Of a stretch of 64,000 nucleotides of DNA, positions 27,938-42,365 are shown in pieces; position 1 is the stretch's first letter; each line of letters opens with the position of its first letter. The DNA lies in NCBI RefSeq assembly GCF_009914755.1, contig NC_060944.1. One strand, written 5' to 3'. The position numbers were made by a program, and so were the translations under genes. The notes beneath the pieces were generated by a model that did no database searches, had not been told where the DNA came from, and saw only the letters and a program-made list of their open reading frames with translations. Source of the DNA: the human T2T-CHM13v2.0 reference genome, Homo sapiens.

Positions 27938-29498
27938 TTGGCAAAGGATCTGAACAGACATTTCTCAAAAGAAGAGATATAAATGGCCAATAGATATATG
28001 AAAGAAGCTCAGTATCACTAATTATCAGGGAAATTTAAATTAAAATCATAATGAAGTATCACCTCCAACTGTTAGAATGGTTATTATCAAAAACACCAAT
28101 GATAACAAGTGTTGGTGAAGATGCAAAGAAAAGGGAACCCTTGTGGAGAAAAGGGAACCCATTGATGTCAGGAATGTAAGTTAGTACAGACATTTTGAAA
28201 AACAGTTTGGAGATTCTTCTACAATGATTTTGATGCTCAAGAGACCCATTCCTCTTTTCCCTTGCAAATATAGTGTCCAATGCTCAATACCTTTATGGAG
28301 AAAGCTCCTAAAGGAGAGTGGAATCTTCTCCAATTCCAAGAACTCCCTGTGAGGACATATATAGGGAGAGAATATCTAAGGAGATAATTTCTGCATTCCC
28401 AAGGTACACATTACTTTGGAGAGCCTGGAACAAATAATCCAAGAAGTGAAACAAGAACATGCTTTTCCCTATCCCCACCCTAACCTGTTCACAAATTTCC
28501 ATGGGGGGAGCTGCAGAGTGAGTCTAAGGGGCTGGCAGCACTTGCATAGTCCAAACATCAATCAGTAATACTTGGAAGAAAAATTGTAAAGTTCCCAGTG
28601 TAAGTTTTTGGTTTCTCTACTCTTCCATTTGCAATGTAACTATAAATATAATGATATAAAAATAAATGAGATTAATATCCTTGTTTACTATCATCCATTC
28701 CCCCCACTCCATCTCAAAAAATGGGCTACGGCCAGTGGCATGATTTCTGTTTTATAGAATAAAAGTTAATCTCAGACCCACCCATAATAAAGATTTCTAT
28801 TAGAGTTAAATCACATGTCCTAGGGTGGAAAAATGCCACAAGGGTCTGCAATAACCTGACATAAGGTAAGTGTAGCTCGACCTTTCTAAACTGCCATTCA
28901 ATAGAGGGTTGGCTAAATTTCCTATACTATGGAACCTACAATCAATGGCTGAGATTTAAAAGAACTCATCAAGTATGAATGCAGCTACCTCTGGGGACGC
29001 TAATCCTGAACTCCAAAGTACAGTGATTTAAATGAGCTAGGACAGGTAAACAGCTTTGGAAAACAGCAAAAACTGGCAGTGTTCTCCCTCTGGCTGGGAA
29101 ATGCAATTGTTCTTCTAGAGCTTGGCAGAGTTTTGTTTTGTTTGTTTGTCACATCAAGTCTTAATGAAAACATTTATTTCTGATCCAGGTAATCTGGATG
29201 TGAAGAAGCAAAAATAGGAAATCCATTGTGTACATAAATTTTAGGGGCCTGCATACTAAGCCTGCCTGTCCCAGGTTTTTATCAAAGACTACTGTGAACA
29301 CATCTCTTAATTATCTAGAGTCTCCTTGTGACTTCTCACTCATTTCAGGCAGTCATTCTGAACTTAATAGGCTCTCAGAAGACCTTGAGGGTCTTCAGAA
29401 GGGAACAATATCCATCTACATCTAATAGTGTCATGTGTGAAGACCTGAACTATGCCTTTGGCTTGGAACCAACAGGAACTTTCATCCCAGGCTCTGAT

Positions 29499-29654
29499 CA
29501 GGGCTTCTCAATCTTTGAGGAATCACATAGGTATGTTAACAAAATTCAGATTCTGACTCAGTAGGTCTGTAGTGGGACCTAAGATCTGCATTTCTAACAA
29601 GCTCCAGAGTCCTGCTGACGCTGATGTTCCAAGGACCATACTTTGAGAACCATG
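29499..29654. mobile_element. MER5A
   Basis: gattctgactcagtaggtctg...ctgcatttctaacaagctcc...ggaccatactttgagaacca. Confidence 0.85.
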
Positions 29655-29977
29655 AGGTAGATATTTTCTTTCAAAAGGACTCATCCAAATTAGTAGAATA
29701 TGTGTGATGTCCTGAGCAAAGTTGGGGCTCATTGAAAATGGGAGGGAAATATGGAGCAATGGCAGTGAAGTTGGTAGTGGTTGTCCCATGGTTTGCCAAT
29801 GGCCCGCCATGCCTTGCTGATAAATCTGCCTTTCTTCTAGCCTGGCACCCTCTGGAGAGGGTCACAGGTACATTTGCCACATTTGTTTATGTATTCTTCT
29901 CTTATTAGTTTTAAAGCCAAGGAATTAAACTGTGTTCGCATAATGGCCCCTCAGTACCCTTAACCATTATCCCATGA

Positions 29978-30053
29978 TTTTGGTTTGGTTTAGTTTGGGT
30001 TGTGTTTTTGTTGTTGTTGTTGTTGTTGTTGTTGTTTGTTTGTTTGTTTGTTT
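29978..30053. repeat. (TTG)n/(TTTG)n compound microsatellite
   Basis: Directly visible. Confidence 0.9.
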
Positions 30054-33000
30054 AGCTTGCTTATCTGGGATTTGTCCAGCTTCCTAGATCTCAGATCAGA
30101 AGCAGAAGTGAATAATAAATAAAAATAAAATGGTATAAGATGAAGAAGAGAGCGCTTACTCAAAGCTGAGAAAGCACAAGTTATCAATTATAAAATAGTT
30201 TCCAAATGTTTAATGTCAGATCCAACAATCTTACACACAGAAATAAGATGATGAACCATCAGGCAAAACTGAAGTTTATCATGCTGGGCTTGATGAGGAA
30301 GGGAATCATAATATATTTGAGAATGATGTTCATCCACAGCCACCACCACCACCACAAAACAATAGAGGGAAATAGAAAATATTAGTTATCAATGAGAGTA
30401 AATTATTTGGAACATCAATTCATATGGGACTAATCATATACCTAGATTCAAACAGAACAATTAAGTAACATGTTAATTTAGACCCAAATAATTTCTTTGA
30501 AAATAATTCTCTTTTATGGGAAGGCAGAATCAAATTTCCAAATTATGGTTTTAAGGAAAAAGAGGAAAGAGGAAGCAAAAAAGTGTAATATGTTCAAAGG
30601 GCCTAAAGTGTTGGGGTTTTCTTAGGTGCATTTGATTAAAAAGCTCCTACAAAACTTAGTCATCAAAACAGCTGCACTGAAAATAATTTTGTTGAGAAAA
30701 CGCATTTTGTCATCTGCACAGGAAGTCATTACGTAATGGGGAAAATATGCGATGACCAAGTACCAAGCAGTTGTGTGGTTCTAAACTCAGGGCCTGTCAT
30801 AGTGAAGTGTTTGTATAACTGTGCACCATAATGTCCATTGAGTGTGTCATCCTATCTTCACAGGGGAACTACCATCATAAAGGTCTTCACAGAGGATCTA
30901 CCATCACATAGACGCAGTCAACATTGTTTTATGAATGTCTAAAATTACAATTGAGATTAACCAGAAAAATAAAGTTCTGAAGTCAGTGATCTAAAAGAAC
31001 AAACCTTCAACTACAATTATGCTTGAAATACTTAAAAGTTGTCAAACAGATCTTAATTTACAATTTATGGAACTGAACCAATTTAAACACTGCCAAGAAA
31101 GACCAAGAAACCAGACTTAATCGTTGCCGTGCTTTCATCATGGCCCATTGAACGAATCCGGAGCTATATAATCTTGAGTGATCACACTGCCACTACACCT
31201 CTAGACCTCTTTTTTACTTATGAAAATATTTTCAAGGAACAATTAGTCTCAGGGACATCTTAGCTCTCCCTTCCTTGTTTTCACTGTATTTCTAGGGCAG
31301 AACTCTGCAACAGACTAAAACATTAGCTCTACTGCAGTGATTCCTGTGTTATTATTCTGTCATTTTACTGAATTGTCAAGTCCTGGCATAAATGGCAGAT
31401 CATATGGAGACCATAACACAGTGATAGGCCTTTAAATAATGGTTTTAAGGAGTATTGAGTTTGCACACAACAACTTCAACCAACCTCCCAGTGTTTAACA
31501 ACTTCAGTGTTGGGATACACATGTGAGCCTCTGACTTTTTTCACTGTCACATTTTAATGTCATCAGGCACATTAATAATTCTGAGAAGAAGCAATCTCAT
31601 GCTCTCAAGAAAGCCACCCAATAGCTTAAATTTTGGTGCAAAATCGTAGAAATCACTCCATTCGATGACTGTCTTTAATATGGCTAGATTCTAATTTTTT
31701 AATAGGTGTTTTAATCAACAATCTTGTTTCATTGCAAAGTGATTTTAACACTGAAGCCACTATTTATATGAAAATACTTTAGCAATGAATTATACATTTT
31801 AGTATATGTATATATATCAAATGTCCATAATCTTTTAATACATATATAAGCATATGTAATACGGATGTGTGTTTGTGTGTGTGTGTGTGAGTGCTTACAC
31901 ACAGAAAGAGCATGTCACTGACTTTTTATTGTTAGAAAAGCAAGTCTAAAACATAAAATTTGGTTACACTTTAGAGTGAAACAGACTTAGGTTCAACCCC
32001 CATCACCACCATTACTGGCACTAGACCTTGGTCAAGGGCTTCCTTCTTCTCTACTGTCAAACAGAATGAGAATTACTTCACAGGCCTATTGTAAGGATTA
32101 ATCACAAGAACATAAAGTCCAAGCATTGCACCTGATACATGACAGGCACTCCACTTCAGAAAGAGTAAAAATGTTCCTTAAAGCAAGTCCAGTGCTTTGC
32201 CTGGATTAGGTAAAATTGAGAATAATGGGGATATTTTCCTAGTAGGTATGCTGAAACATATATCTAGTCGGTCGCCTAGCACAACACATAAATATATAAA
32301 TCAATAAAGCTTTCAAAAAATACATCGTTTGGGTTTAGAGCAAAGGAAATGACAATTCTTCCTGTTGAATGGTCTTTCACTCATTGTTAAGGTTGATCAC
32401 TTAATCTTGGAAAATCCAGAAAATTCAACAGCTAAAACTCTCACCTACACCCTAATGCAGTCATCTGGGGTCTGTGTGGCTCTTTGTGTTACTCTGCAAT
32501 CTGTTCCACCTGCATCTTAATAGGTGGTCAAGTCATAGCTGAGTCCCAAAACTTCACTTTGGAATGTTCTGGCCTTTTAGGCTCAAAAAGAAAGTGTTTA
32601 GATTTAATGGTTTTATGGCCCATCAAATCCAGTGTGGTAGCCTCTAATTGCATCCAGGGGCTGGAATTTCTTTTAAAACTTTTTTTTTTTTTGACAGTTT
32701 AATAAGAATTTGCTAATATGCTGAACATTCCTGGAACGCATTAGGTAGGTTTTAATTTTTCTTGATATGAGGTCCCAGCACTCCCTCATGTGGCACTTGC
32801 CCACATAACAAGTCAGAAGCAAAAGGATAAATGAATATTTAATCCTTCTTTTCTCTTTCTTTTTGATTTCTCATGTTTAAAGGGAGAAAAAAAATCTCAA
32901 GTAGCTCCATGAAAGATGAAGGAAAATTTTATTATAGCTACTGTGCATAAAACCTGAGAGGTTTCCATGGCAATGTTCTTAAAGCACCAAATGGTATAGT

Positions 33001-34574
33001 AAGCATTTTATTAATTGGATATTTGAGAAGTCAGAGATGTTCTACTTATCCTGGAAGACTAAAATTTAGCCTAATGATACCACCTATTTTATATGTGTTA
33101 GCATTTATGTTTATTATTGCTATTTCCTTCCATATGTTAAATATTCATAGAAATAATTTTGTATCCTTCTTTAAAGAATATAAAGAAAAAAATTCAAAAA
33201 AATAAATAAAAATGATCTGCTAGAGTTTCAAACGGATGTGCCATTATAAGTAGAGGCACTTATAAAACAGCTTAAATATTATAAGATTTACAACTATTAA
33301 AATGTTGATTAAGTAATCCATTGAATCAAATTTTTTATTCGTAACACAGTGCATGAAAAACTGCCCTCCATTCAGTATTTTTCAGTTATTTTTTTCCACT
33401 TTAAAAGACTTCTTAGAATTTTATCTTTTGTTTGATTGTAATTCATGACCCATTGTTTATGCTCCCAAATTTTGCAAAAAGCGAATGATTTCCAAATTAA
33501 TTTCACTTCTGTGGCTTATTTTATCTTCTCAAAGTTAAAAAGATAAAACAATAAAACATAGGATGTTTGCAATAAATATTTTAAGATGATAGCATAGTGC
33601 TTGCCTTAGGATTCTTGCTACAGTTAATGACGTTTGGAAATACCAGTAACAGAGCAGGATATTATAGGTAGCACTGCCTAAGTGATTAATAATCTGAGCA
33701 AAGCATTAACCTCTCTAAGCCTCGATTTCCACACCCACAGGAGTTGGAGAAAGTTTCTCAGGGTTTTGCACTCACATATTTTAAGATGGTGGTAAAGATA
33801 GATGAATAAATAATAAAGTCAAATTGCGTGGCACATACTAATTGCTCTATAAATGCTGGTGATCATCATTTTTCACAAGACTTTGAAGTATCACTTTCTG
33901 AGTTTATGCAACATTTATTAAAGACGTTTGTGTTTTTAGCAATAGTCAGAGATAGTTACATATCTTGTTCCTCTCCTATAGACCAAGAATGTACTTTGAA
34001 AAATGGAAATTAAAAGCATTCAAATGCTCACTGCCTCATCTAAACCCTCCAAGGCTGACATAGTGCAGTGGAAAGAAGTGGGCTGACATAAAGTGCGTCT
34101 AAACCCTCCAGGGCTGACATAAAGTGTAGATTTCAGTAGAGTAAGAAAAGGTAGCTCTATACTTTGAATTGTTTCTTTTTGCATTTGATAAAATTTTAAA
34201 TGGGATCAAAATCATTTATTTATATACTGAAAAAAATTGCAAAGATCATCCACTTCTATGCCAGTTTTCTGGGTTTTTGTTTTTGGAGATTTTTGTTGTG
34301 AAAGTTTTTTCTTTTTTTTTTTTTGTCTTTCCAGCAGAACTATTTAAAGAACTTTTCTTTTGAACACCAAAATGCAACACAAGTAGCTCATGCTCAGTAT
34401 CACACCTAAGTTCTGTAAGATCCCTGGAAACAACCCCAGCCTCCTTGGGACGTGGCATTCAATCCACTGGTCTTGCTCAAGTAGCTCACTTTATCAATGA
34501 AGAAACATAATCCTAGAAAGTGAAAATGACCTGCCACAGAAATAAAACTAGTTCTCGGTAAATTTCCACATAAA

Positions 34575-34870
34575 TCAGATGTCCCAGATGTACAGCCTAG
34601 GGGACACTTGTAGCCCACAAAAGTATTTACTTTGGCCCACACATTGTTGCCCCAAACAGTGTTTTAGGGAATTTTGATTTATTTGCCCACATTTAAAAAC
34701 CAGGAGATTGTACATAGAAATCAAGATTTCTGGCTTCTTAAAATTTTGGAAGATTTGGCAACCCCACATCCCTGCTCCCTTGGGTCATCAAGAGCTAAGA
34801 TGTGGCTGCCCCCTTCTGATGGAACATGCAATCTCAGACTCACTGCAGTCTCCACACAGGAGCTTGCACT
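34575..34870. mobile_element. MER102-like hAT element
   Basis: tttaaaaaccaggagattgtacatagaaatcaagatttctggcttct...gaagatttggcaac. Confidence 0.6.
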
Positions 34871-35201
34871 GTTTTTTGTTTGTTTGTTTGTTTGTTTGTT
34901 TCAATTTCATCTTTTTTGGACATTTACATTACAAGCCTGGCTCCTAAAAGTACCTTTTTTTCCCTGAGGTTTCTGCATAAAGCTTAAAATAAAAATATTT
35001 TTCACAAAGAAAAAGAACAATTTTTATTTCCACTAGATGTAAATGGAATATACTTTTCTGAAAGTGAGTTTTTGTGTGTGAAAGATAAAGATTTCGGAGA
35101 CTTTGGGCTCTGAGGGGCAAATAAAGATAGTGTGTAAGCATTTCTAGCATTTATTTCATGAATCCTCACAAGAAATCCTCAGGTGAGAGCTCTTATTCAT
35201 C

Positions 35202-35301
35202 CAGGGTTGCCAGATTGAGCAAACATACAGGACACCTATGATTTGTTGTTTATCTGAAATTCAAACATAATGGGCCCTCTGTGTTTTATTTGATAACCTT
35301 G
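35202..35301. mobile_element. MER53 (hAT), internally deleted
   Basis: Inverted ends cagggttgcca...tgataaccttg with a perfect 8-bp target duplication tattcatc. Confidence 0.8.
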
Positions 35302-35386
35302 TATTCATCATCATTTTGAAAATGAAAAAAGTATAGCTTCATTGGTCACTCTACAAACATGCAGCAGTGTAAAAAAGTAGAGTTCA

Positions 35387-35701
<315 letters not shown>

Positions 35702-36281
35702 TTAATAAGGTGGATTATTATTATTCCACAGTTGTGAGAGGAAGGGCAGAAAGGCCCTTGAAGTTGGACTCTGAATAAATCTGGAGAGTCAACGGGGAAA
35801 ATGAGACTATGGCACCATAGCAATTCCCAGAACTTTCTGGAGGCCCATTCTAATTACTCAGGCCAGACCATTGCCTGTGGGCACCAATGGGTTTCACTTA
35901 CTCTCACTGACCCTGCTGAGGGGGACACTTCTCCAGGGAGATTGATAACTAACCCGTTTTCTGAACCTGGCCCCAACTTCTCTTCCTTGCTAGGGTCTAA
36001 GTCCCTGGAGACAGGAATGCTTAGCGGCCAGATATTTAGGAGGGTAACAAAAAAAAAAATACTCCACAACAAATTGCATAGATTTCCCAATATTCCCAAG
36101 GACTGGCTTGCTTGAGAGGATTTCCATATTCTTTCTGGGAATGATGGAATAAATACAATAATAACTTCATAATTCCATGTGAATTTTCTGAGTTTTTATA
36201 AATAAATCTCTGCCAAGTATGAATATTCTTACACTGTTACTTAAATTTGCCTGTGGCTATCTATAGCCTTCAGTTAGCTAT

Positions 36282-36720
36282 TATCCTGGTTTGCATACTT
36301 CAAGAAGCCAAAAATGACACAGAGATGTGAGAGCAAGTCATCTTATTTGGAAACAATCTCAATGAATTGAAGGAATGGGGAAGTGAGAAAAGAATGGGAA
36401 GGAAGCCAATAAAAGAGGGTGTGTTCATGGGCAGGCAACCTCAGGGGGCAACTGGGACTCAATCCTTCCAAGGAACACTGGGTGACCATATTAGAAAATG
36501 CTTCAGTTACCTGAGCAAAGAGAGCTGAGGTATTTATCCACCTACTGCTGTACATCATTAGCTAGGGAACCCTCTCTCCCATTCCCCTACTTCAAACACA
36601 CCTATCCATGGGCTCATGTTGCAACAGATAATGTCAGGCAAAAAGTGGTAGGTCTGATGGAAATGGGAAGTAAGAAGGGAATACATGCAGAGCACAAGCA
36701 CCATCTACTCCAGCCATTCA
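36282..36720 (-). mobile_element. ERVL LTR16-family LTR
   Basis: Reverse complement of an LTR16-like 3' end; gggaaggaagccaataaa. Confidence 0.5.
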
Positions 36721-37194
36721 TCCTTTCCTTGCAAGTAACCCACTGTCCCACAACATAAACACACCAGCCAAAGAACACCTGCTATGAGCTGATGACCATC
36801 AGCTTTCTGGATACACCTAAATATTAAATAGACTAATAACCTATAGATAGTCTTTAAAACATAGGTGAAAACTTAGAAACCCTGGAGAGAGGTTTCTAGT
36901 ATAAATACAGAATAGAAACTCTGATGTTGCTGCCCTGATAGGAACCCGATGGAGGACCCTATGTTTTTGAGGGCAACATGTGTACACTTCCATTGCCTTC
37001 TCCAATTCCTCTGCAATCTCGATGTCACCACCCTCTCTTTGTTCTGCTGGATCCACCTTATCCAAATGTCTATTGTGTAACTTATCTTCCTGAGGGGTCT
37101 GCTTTGCATGCTCCTAAAACTATAATTACTTCTAGGGGATCATAATGGGCTTCTCCTCATGACACTTCATAGGAGTTTCTGAAATTAAAGCTCT

Positions 37195-37445
37195 TGCAAA
37201 GTGGTGAGGAGCCCAGATTCTGGAGACAGAATACCTCTATCTGAATCCCATCTCTATCACTTATGAATTGTGCATCCCTAGGCAAGGTTATTCACCTGGC
37301 GTGTACCTCAGTTTCTCCTGTGTAAAATAGGTTTAATAATATGATCGATTTATTTGGGCCGCTCTGAGCCTTCAATGCTATAATACTCGTAATATACTTA
37401 AAATAGTGTCTGGAACATGATAATTGCTTTATAAGTGTTAAATAA
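37195..37445 (+). mobile_element. MIR
   Basis: ctcagtttctcctgtgtaaaatagg core. Confidence 0.75.
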
Positions 37446-37751
37446 ATCTAAGGGGATAAGACTGTAATAGGCATTTAATATCTTCTTATGGTTACTTCTG
37501 GAGGAAATAGTCCTACTTACACTGTCAAATCATAGTTTCTAAGGAAGCTTTCTTTTCTTCTTTCTTCTCCTCTTTCTTCTCAGCCCAACTCCACCAAGAA
37601 TAAAGACTGGTCTTGGAACCATCAAATGTGACTTGGAGAATAAGTCTGTCATTGACGAGCTATGAAAAACTGTTTTCTCTGGAACTTTAGCTACTTGCCC
37701 ACAAAACAGGGACAGAAACACCTGTCAAATATCAAATAAAGCAATATGTGT

Positions 37752-38120
37752 TGGTATGGTTAGGCTTTGTTTCTCCATCCAAATCTCATCTTGAATTATA
37801 ATCCCAGGTGTTGAGGGGAAGACCTAGTGGGAGGTGATTGGATCATGGGGGTGGTTTCCCCCATGCTGTTCTCATGATAGTGGGTGAGTTCTCATGAGAT
37901 CAGATGGTTTTATAAGTATCTGGCATTTCCCTGCTTGCACTTCTCTCTCCTGCCACCATGGGAAGAAGGTCGTTCCTTCCCCTTTGCCTTCCACCATGAT
38001 TGTAAGTTTCCTGAGGCCTCCCCAGCCATGTAGAACTGTGAGTCAGTTAAACCTCTTTCCTTAATAAATTACCCAGTCTCGAAGAGTATCTTTAAATCAG
38101 TGTGAGAAGGAACTAATACA
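37752..38120 (+). mobile_element. THE1/MSTA solo LTR
   Basis: TG...CA ends, target duplication tgtgt/tgtgg, typical ccatgattgtaagtttcctgaggcctccccagcc. Confidence 0.9.
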
Positions 38121-38329
38121 TGTGGTAAAAATAATTTGCTGGCTCCAGGGTGCCTTACCAAGTGAGCTCTGCTTTTTGCTTTCTCTGCTTCCTTTCTTTA
38201 TTTCCATTCTCTTCATGGTCCCTTGTCCCTTTATCTCTACTCTTTTAAATCTAATTGTTATCATTTCCTCCTTACAAAATAATTCAAAGAAGAGTTTATA
38301 AGGTTGAGCCAAAAATCAGAAGAGTATAA

Positions 38330-39240
38330 AGTCAGGAGTAATCTCATCACTTATAAATAAACATTTGTAAATTGTGATCTTTGAAACTAAATGTATTTTA
38401 GGACCTGACTATTGTTTGCAACTGATTTCTCACAATTTTAAATTAAAATATCATTCTACATTATTGCACTCTTCCTATAGTATAATTTTTAAATTTGATG
38501 TCATTTTTATGCATCATATTTTTTGCAAACTATCTCCAATTATAAGATGTTTGGGTATTTTTTTCAAATTATTTTCCTGCTAAAAATAAGAAGCATGAAA
38601 ATCCTTGAAGAAATGATTTTTTTCCTCAAAAATCATAATTATTTCCTTGGAATTCCTAGAAGAGAATTTTTAACATCACATGGAATTTACATTTTTAGAG
38701 CTTTGATATACAGTGCCAGATTATTTTCTAGGAAGATTATTCCACTTTATACTTTTCTCAACACTGTTTGAAATGCACATTTTCTCCCTAACCTAATCAT
38801 ACTGCCTGATCTTAAAATAAAAATTCGATATACGGAAAATAAAATAGATGGTCATAATTTCCATGTCTTTGCTTATTAATGAAATTGAATATTTTTCATA
38901 TGTTTATTGGTCACTTTTATGTCTCCATTTGTAAATTTCCTATTTATATCTTTTGTTCACTTATTTCTCTTTTTCCCTTTGAGCAATATATTATTTTCTT
39001 CTTCAAATATAAGGGCTTTTTACGTGGAAAGGACATTAACCCTTCACAGTCTCATATTTTTTTTCCATTTCTTTCAGTTTACCATTTACTTTTTATTTTC
39101 ATTGAGATTTAAGAGCACTAAAGTTTTAGTTTTTTGGTGTTCATTTGTTTTCTTTTGTTCTAAGGTTGTTGCCTATAGTTTCAAGCCTGAAAGGGCCTTT
39201 ATTATCTTGATTTTGTATAGATATTTACCCATTTAGTATT
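38330..39240 (-). mobile_element. Ancient L1M(E) fragment
   Basis: Degenerate antisense ORF2-end sequence (gaatatttttcatatgtttattggtca). Confidence 0.55.
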
Positions 39241-39839
39241 TTCCTTTTTTTTTCTTCTCTCTACTTATGTTTCAGGATTACCATAGACAAAAGGCTGAGG
39301 CCCCAAAGCCACTTATTTGTATGTGGTCCTAGAATTAAGGAAGCTGCTAAGTCTGTCCAGCAAAACCTCATTGTGCCATTCTGATATCCCTGACAGAATT
39401 TTATGTCAGACATTTCAAGAAGGGAAGTGAATTCACAAGATCCTTAATTCTTAAAACTAAAATGTTTTAAAATATTATATAGTCGTGTTCTTTTTCTGCT
39501 CTGCTTAGCATCAAAAGAATTCATTTCCAACTTTTATATTAGTTTCTGGAGCACAATTTGGGGAGATTTTTTACTCTGCACAGCCTTTCAAATGTTCACA
39601 GTTGCTAGAGAACTGGAAAGTTAATAAATTAGCCCTAATAAGAGATTTCTTTACATCATATTTGATTTTCTCATCACTCCCTCCTAAGACAGCTGGAACT
39701 GCTCTATTGGGAATATAACTCATCCATAAAAAAGAATCATGACCCAAAACCACGGAAGAAAACACAACCAACCACGTTGCTCCATTTGCAATTTGGCTGT
39801 GAGAACCACTTTGGTTTGGGGAAAGCAGGAGGGTTTTGA

Positions 39840-40175
39840 GATAAGGTAGCCACAGGGCTGAATTCCAATTCTGTAACTACCTAGCTGTGACTTTGGGCAA
39901 GTCTACCTGTCAGAGATCCATTTCCTGAGACAGTACTATTAATACCCATAATATAACCAACAGTTACTGAGCCCCTACTCTCTGCCATGAACTTTGTATA
40001 CCTGAACTCATTCAATTCTCACCATAACCCAATGAGGCAGGTACAATTTTTGTCCCTATTTTACAGCCAAGGAAACCAATGCAGAGAGAGGATATCTTGC
40101 CCAGTCACACAGCTGGAAAGAAGAGGAGCAGGACATGCAAGAACAAGTATTTTGATGATAGAGTCCATGAGCTTA
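39840..40175. mobile_element. MIR fragments in both orientations
   Basis: ctagctgtgactttgggcaagt and ttttacagccaaggaaacc...cttgcccagtcacacagct. Confidence 0.65.
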
Positions 40176-40286
40176 ATGTTTCTGAGTGTAAAAACATCAA
40201 GGAACATATTTGCTTGGTGCATTCAGAGAAGGAGGTCGATAAACGTTAGCCTCCTTCTGTCCCTGTGGTGACAATCTTCCTCCTAC

Positions 40287-40438
40287 CTCTCACAGTGGCA
40301 AGCTCGCCGTCCACATGAGCCATGCGCTGCATGGCCGTAGCCCCCACACATATTGGCATGCTGACCCTCTGTCCTAAAACAGAAGTCGACAGATCTGTTT
40401 CAGCAACATTCCGGAGCATCCTTGGATACAGCTTCCAT
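40287..40438 (-). CDS. HAO1: HAO1 exon 2 (152 nt, [50 protein letters not shown])
   Basis: Acceptor ttttaattctAG, donor G|GTAGGA; phases match exons 1 and 3. Confidence 0.98.
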
Positions 40439-40647
40439 CTAGAATTAAAAAATAAAATAAAATAAAAGGCTTTAGAGTTTCAAAATCATAACCAAAACTT
40501 TGACATTACATTTTAGTTAAAAGAAAAAATATAATTGGATTTTTTCCAAACAAGCAAATGACTTCATAAAGCTAATGGAAAAGAGGCAATTTTACTGTTT
40601 GTTTGGTTAGAAAGTTAACAATTAGAGGATAATGAATTTCCCAAGCA

Positions 40648-41165
40648 ATTATTTATTAAAGTATAACTAATATATAATAGTATTCACTCATTTTAGTCTG
40701 CAGTTTTGTGAATTTTGACAAATGCATACAGTGGTGTAACTGCCATGACAATCAAGATCTAGAAAAAGTTCAATCATTCCCAAAAAAGTCCCCATTTTCT
40801 TTTGCAGAGAAACTCTCCCCAGTTCAATCCCCTGACAACCACTGATGCATTTTTTCTTTGTCCTGATAATTTTGCTTTGCAAGAATATCATGTAAACAAA
40901 ATCATTCAGTATGTAGCCTTTTGAGTTTGGCTTCTTTCACTTAACATAACGCATTAGAGATTTTCTCATGTTGTTGTACGTGTCAATAGTTTGTTCCTTT
41001 TGGTTGATGAATAATATTCCATCATACAGGGGTACTATCATTTGTCCAGTCATTCCCAAGCTAAAAGACATTTTGAATACTTCCAGTTTGGGGGGAAATT
41101 CTAAATAAAGCCACTACAAACATTCACGTACAGGTTCTTGTGTGAACATAGTTTTCGTTTCACTT
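40648..41165 (-). mobile_element. L1MB/MC-type 3' fragment
   Basis: gtgaattttgacaaatgcataca...ccctgacaaccactgat...gagtttggcttctttcactt. Confidence 0.75.
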
Positions 41166-42304
41166 CCCCAATCTTGAAAATCAAGATGGTATACAAATGC
41201 ATAGAGTTTAGATTAGAGTTTAAGAAGATATGCTATGTCTAGTTTGTCTTCTTTTTATGTGATAAACAGCAGCTTCAGGCAATTACTTTTAAAATTATAA
41301 TTTGGTTTCTTCAAAATTATTTAGTTATATGCCATATTCATTAAAGTCTAATGATGAGGGAAGGTTTTTTATTAGTTTAATTTAACACTTTTCTCAAAAA
41401 TGTTATTTGACAAAAACTGAAATTTGGGTGTTAAAAAGTTTTTGACTCCGGAAAATTATTTTAAATGAATGTTTCTGTGATTCTTCTGTGTTGGAATGAA
41501 AATTACCAATAAACCAGCAACCAAAAATTCACCAGTAAAATTTACAGAAGAACTAGTTCTCTTTCCTCCTGGCAAAATATATCTCTCCTATTTGTTTTGA
41601 TTTATTATTCTCATTAGTACTGATTAAAATTGAAGAAAATACAGCCCTATTTCTAGTATGCATGAGTATAATAAACGTGTTGTTTAGGCACACATGCATA
41701 TCTAACCAGCATTCACCTAGTATTTCCTAGATGTAACTCTACTTCCAGAAACAGCATGACTTTTTAGTAAATATAGTGAAGTATGATATAGTAATGCAGT
41801 AACTTAAAGAAAAAAAAAGACGAAAAAGAAAAAGCCCTTAATCGAAGCGTGCTTCCTGTAGCGGAAGAAGAAATTCTGCCTTCTATTGCTTTGTGGAATA
41901 GCTAAGGGTCTGTAATCTAACCCTTCCTCACATAATAAAGTAAAAACATCCAGTCCCTGAAAAGCATAATAAAGAAGTTTTACTGTGTGATTTCTATGCT
42001 ATTCCTTTGAACATTATAATTGTCATTATTTTATGCCACACCACATGCTCTGTTGCTGAAAGTCTTTTCTTCTTGACGGACCCTCACAGCATGATTCTTT
42101 GATCTCCATTTTGAAGGGGGAGAAGCAGAAGCCTTGAAGAGAGTTTTTATTACCAATCATCTCTAAGTGTGTTATTAGAATGAGAGAAAACGATCTTAAT
42201 AGCAGCCATTGGCATGCCAGCCTTGGAAGGCATTAATATTTACTTAGAGCTAGAGAAACAATGAAAGCTTTATGACAAGAACAAGCAAATCTGCAGGGCA
42301 GCAG

Positions 42305-42306
<2 letters not shown>

Positions 42307-42365
<59 letters not shown>

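Larger units (their letters stand above)
25683..28220 (-). mobile_element. L1MA-type element with 5' inversion (antisense 25683-26750, inverted part 26751-28220), host to THE1 and L1P insertions
   Basis: The orientation switches at about 26750; both arms end at the same L1 position; degenerate target duplication t(g/a)caat(t/g)atttt. Confidence 0.75.
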
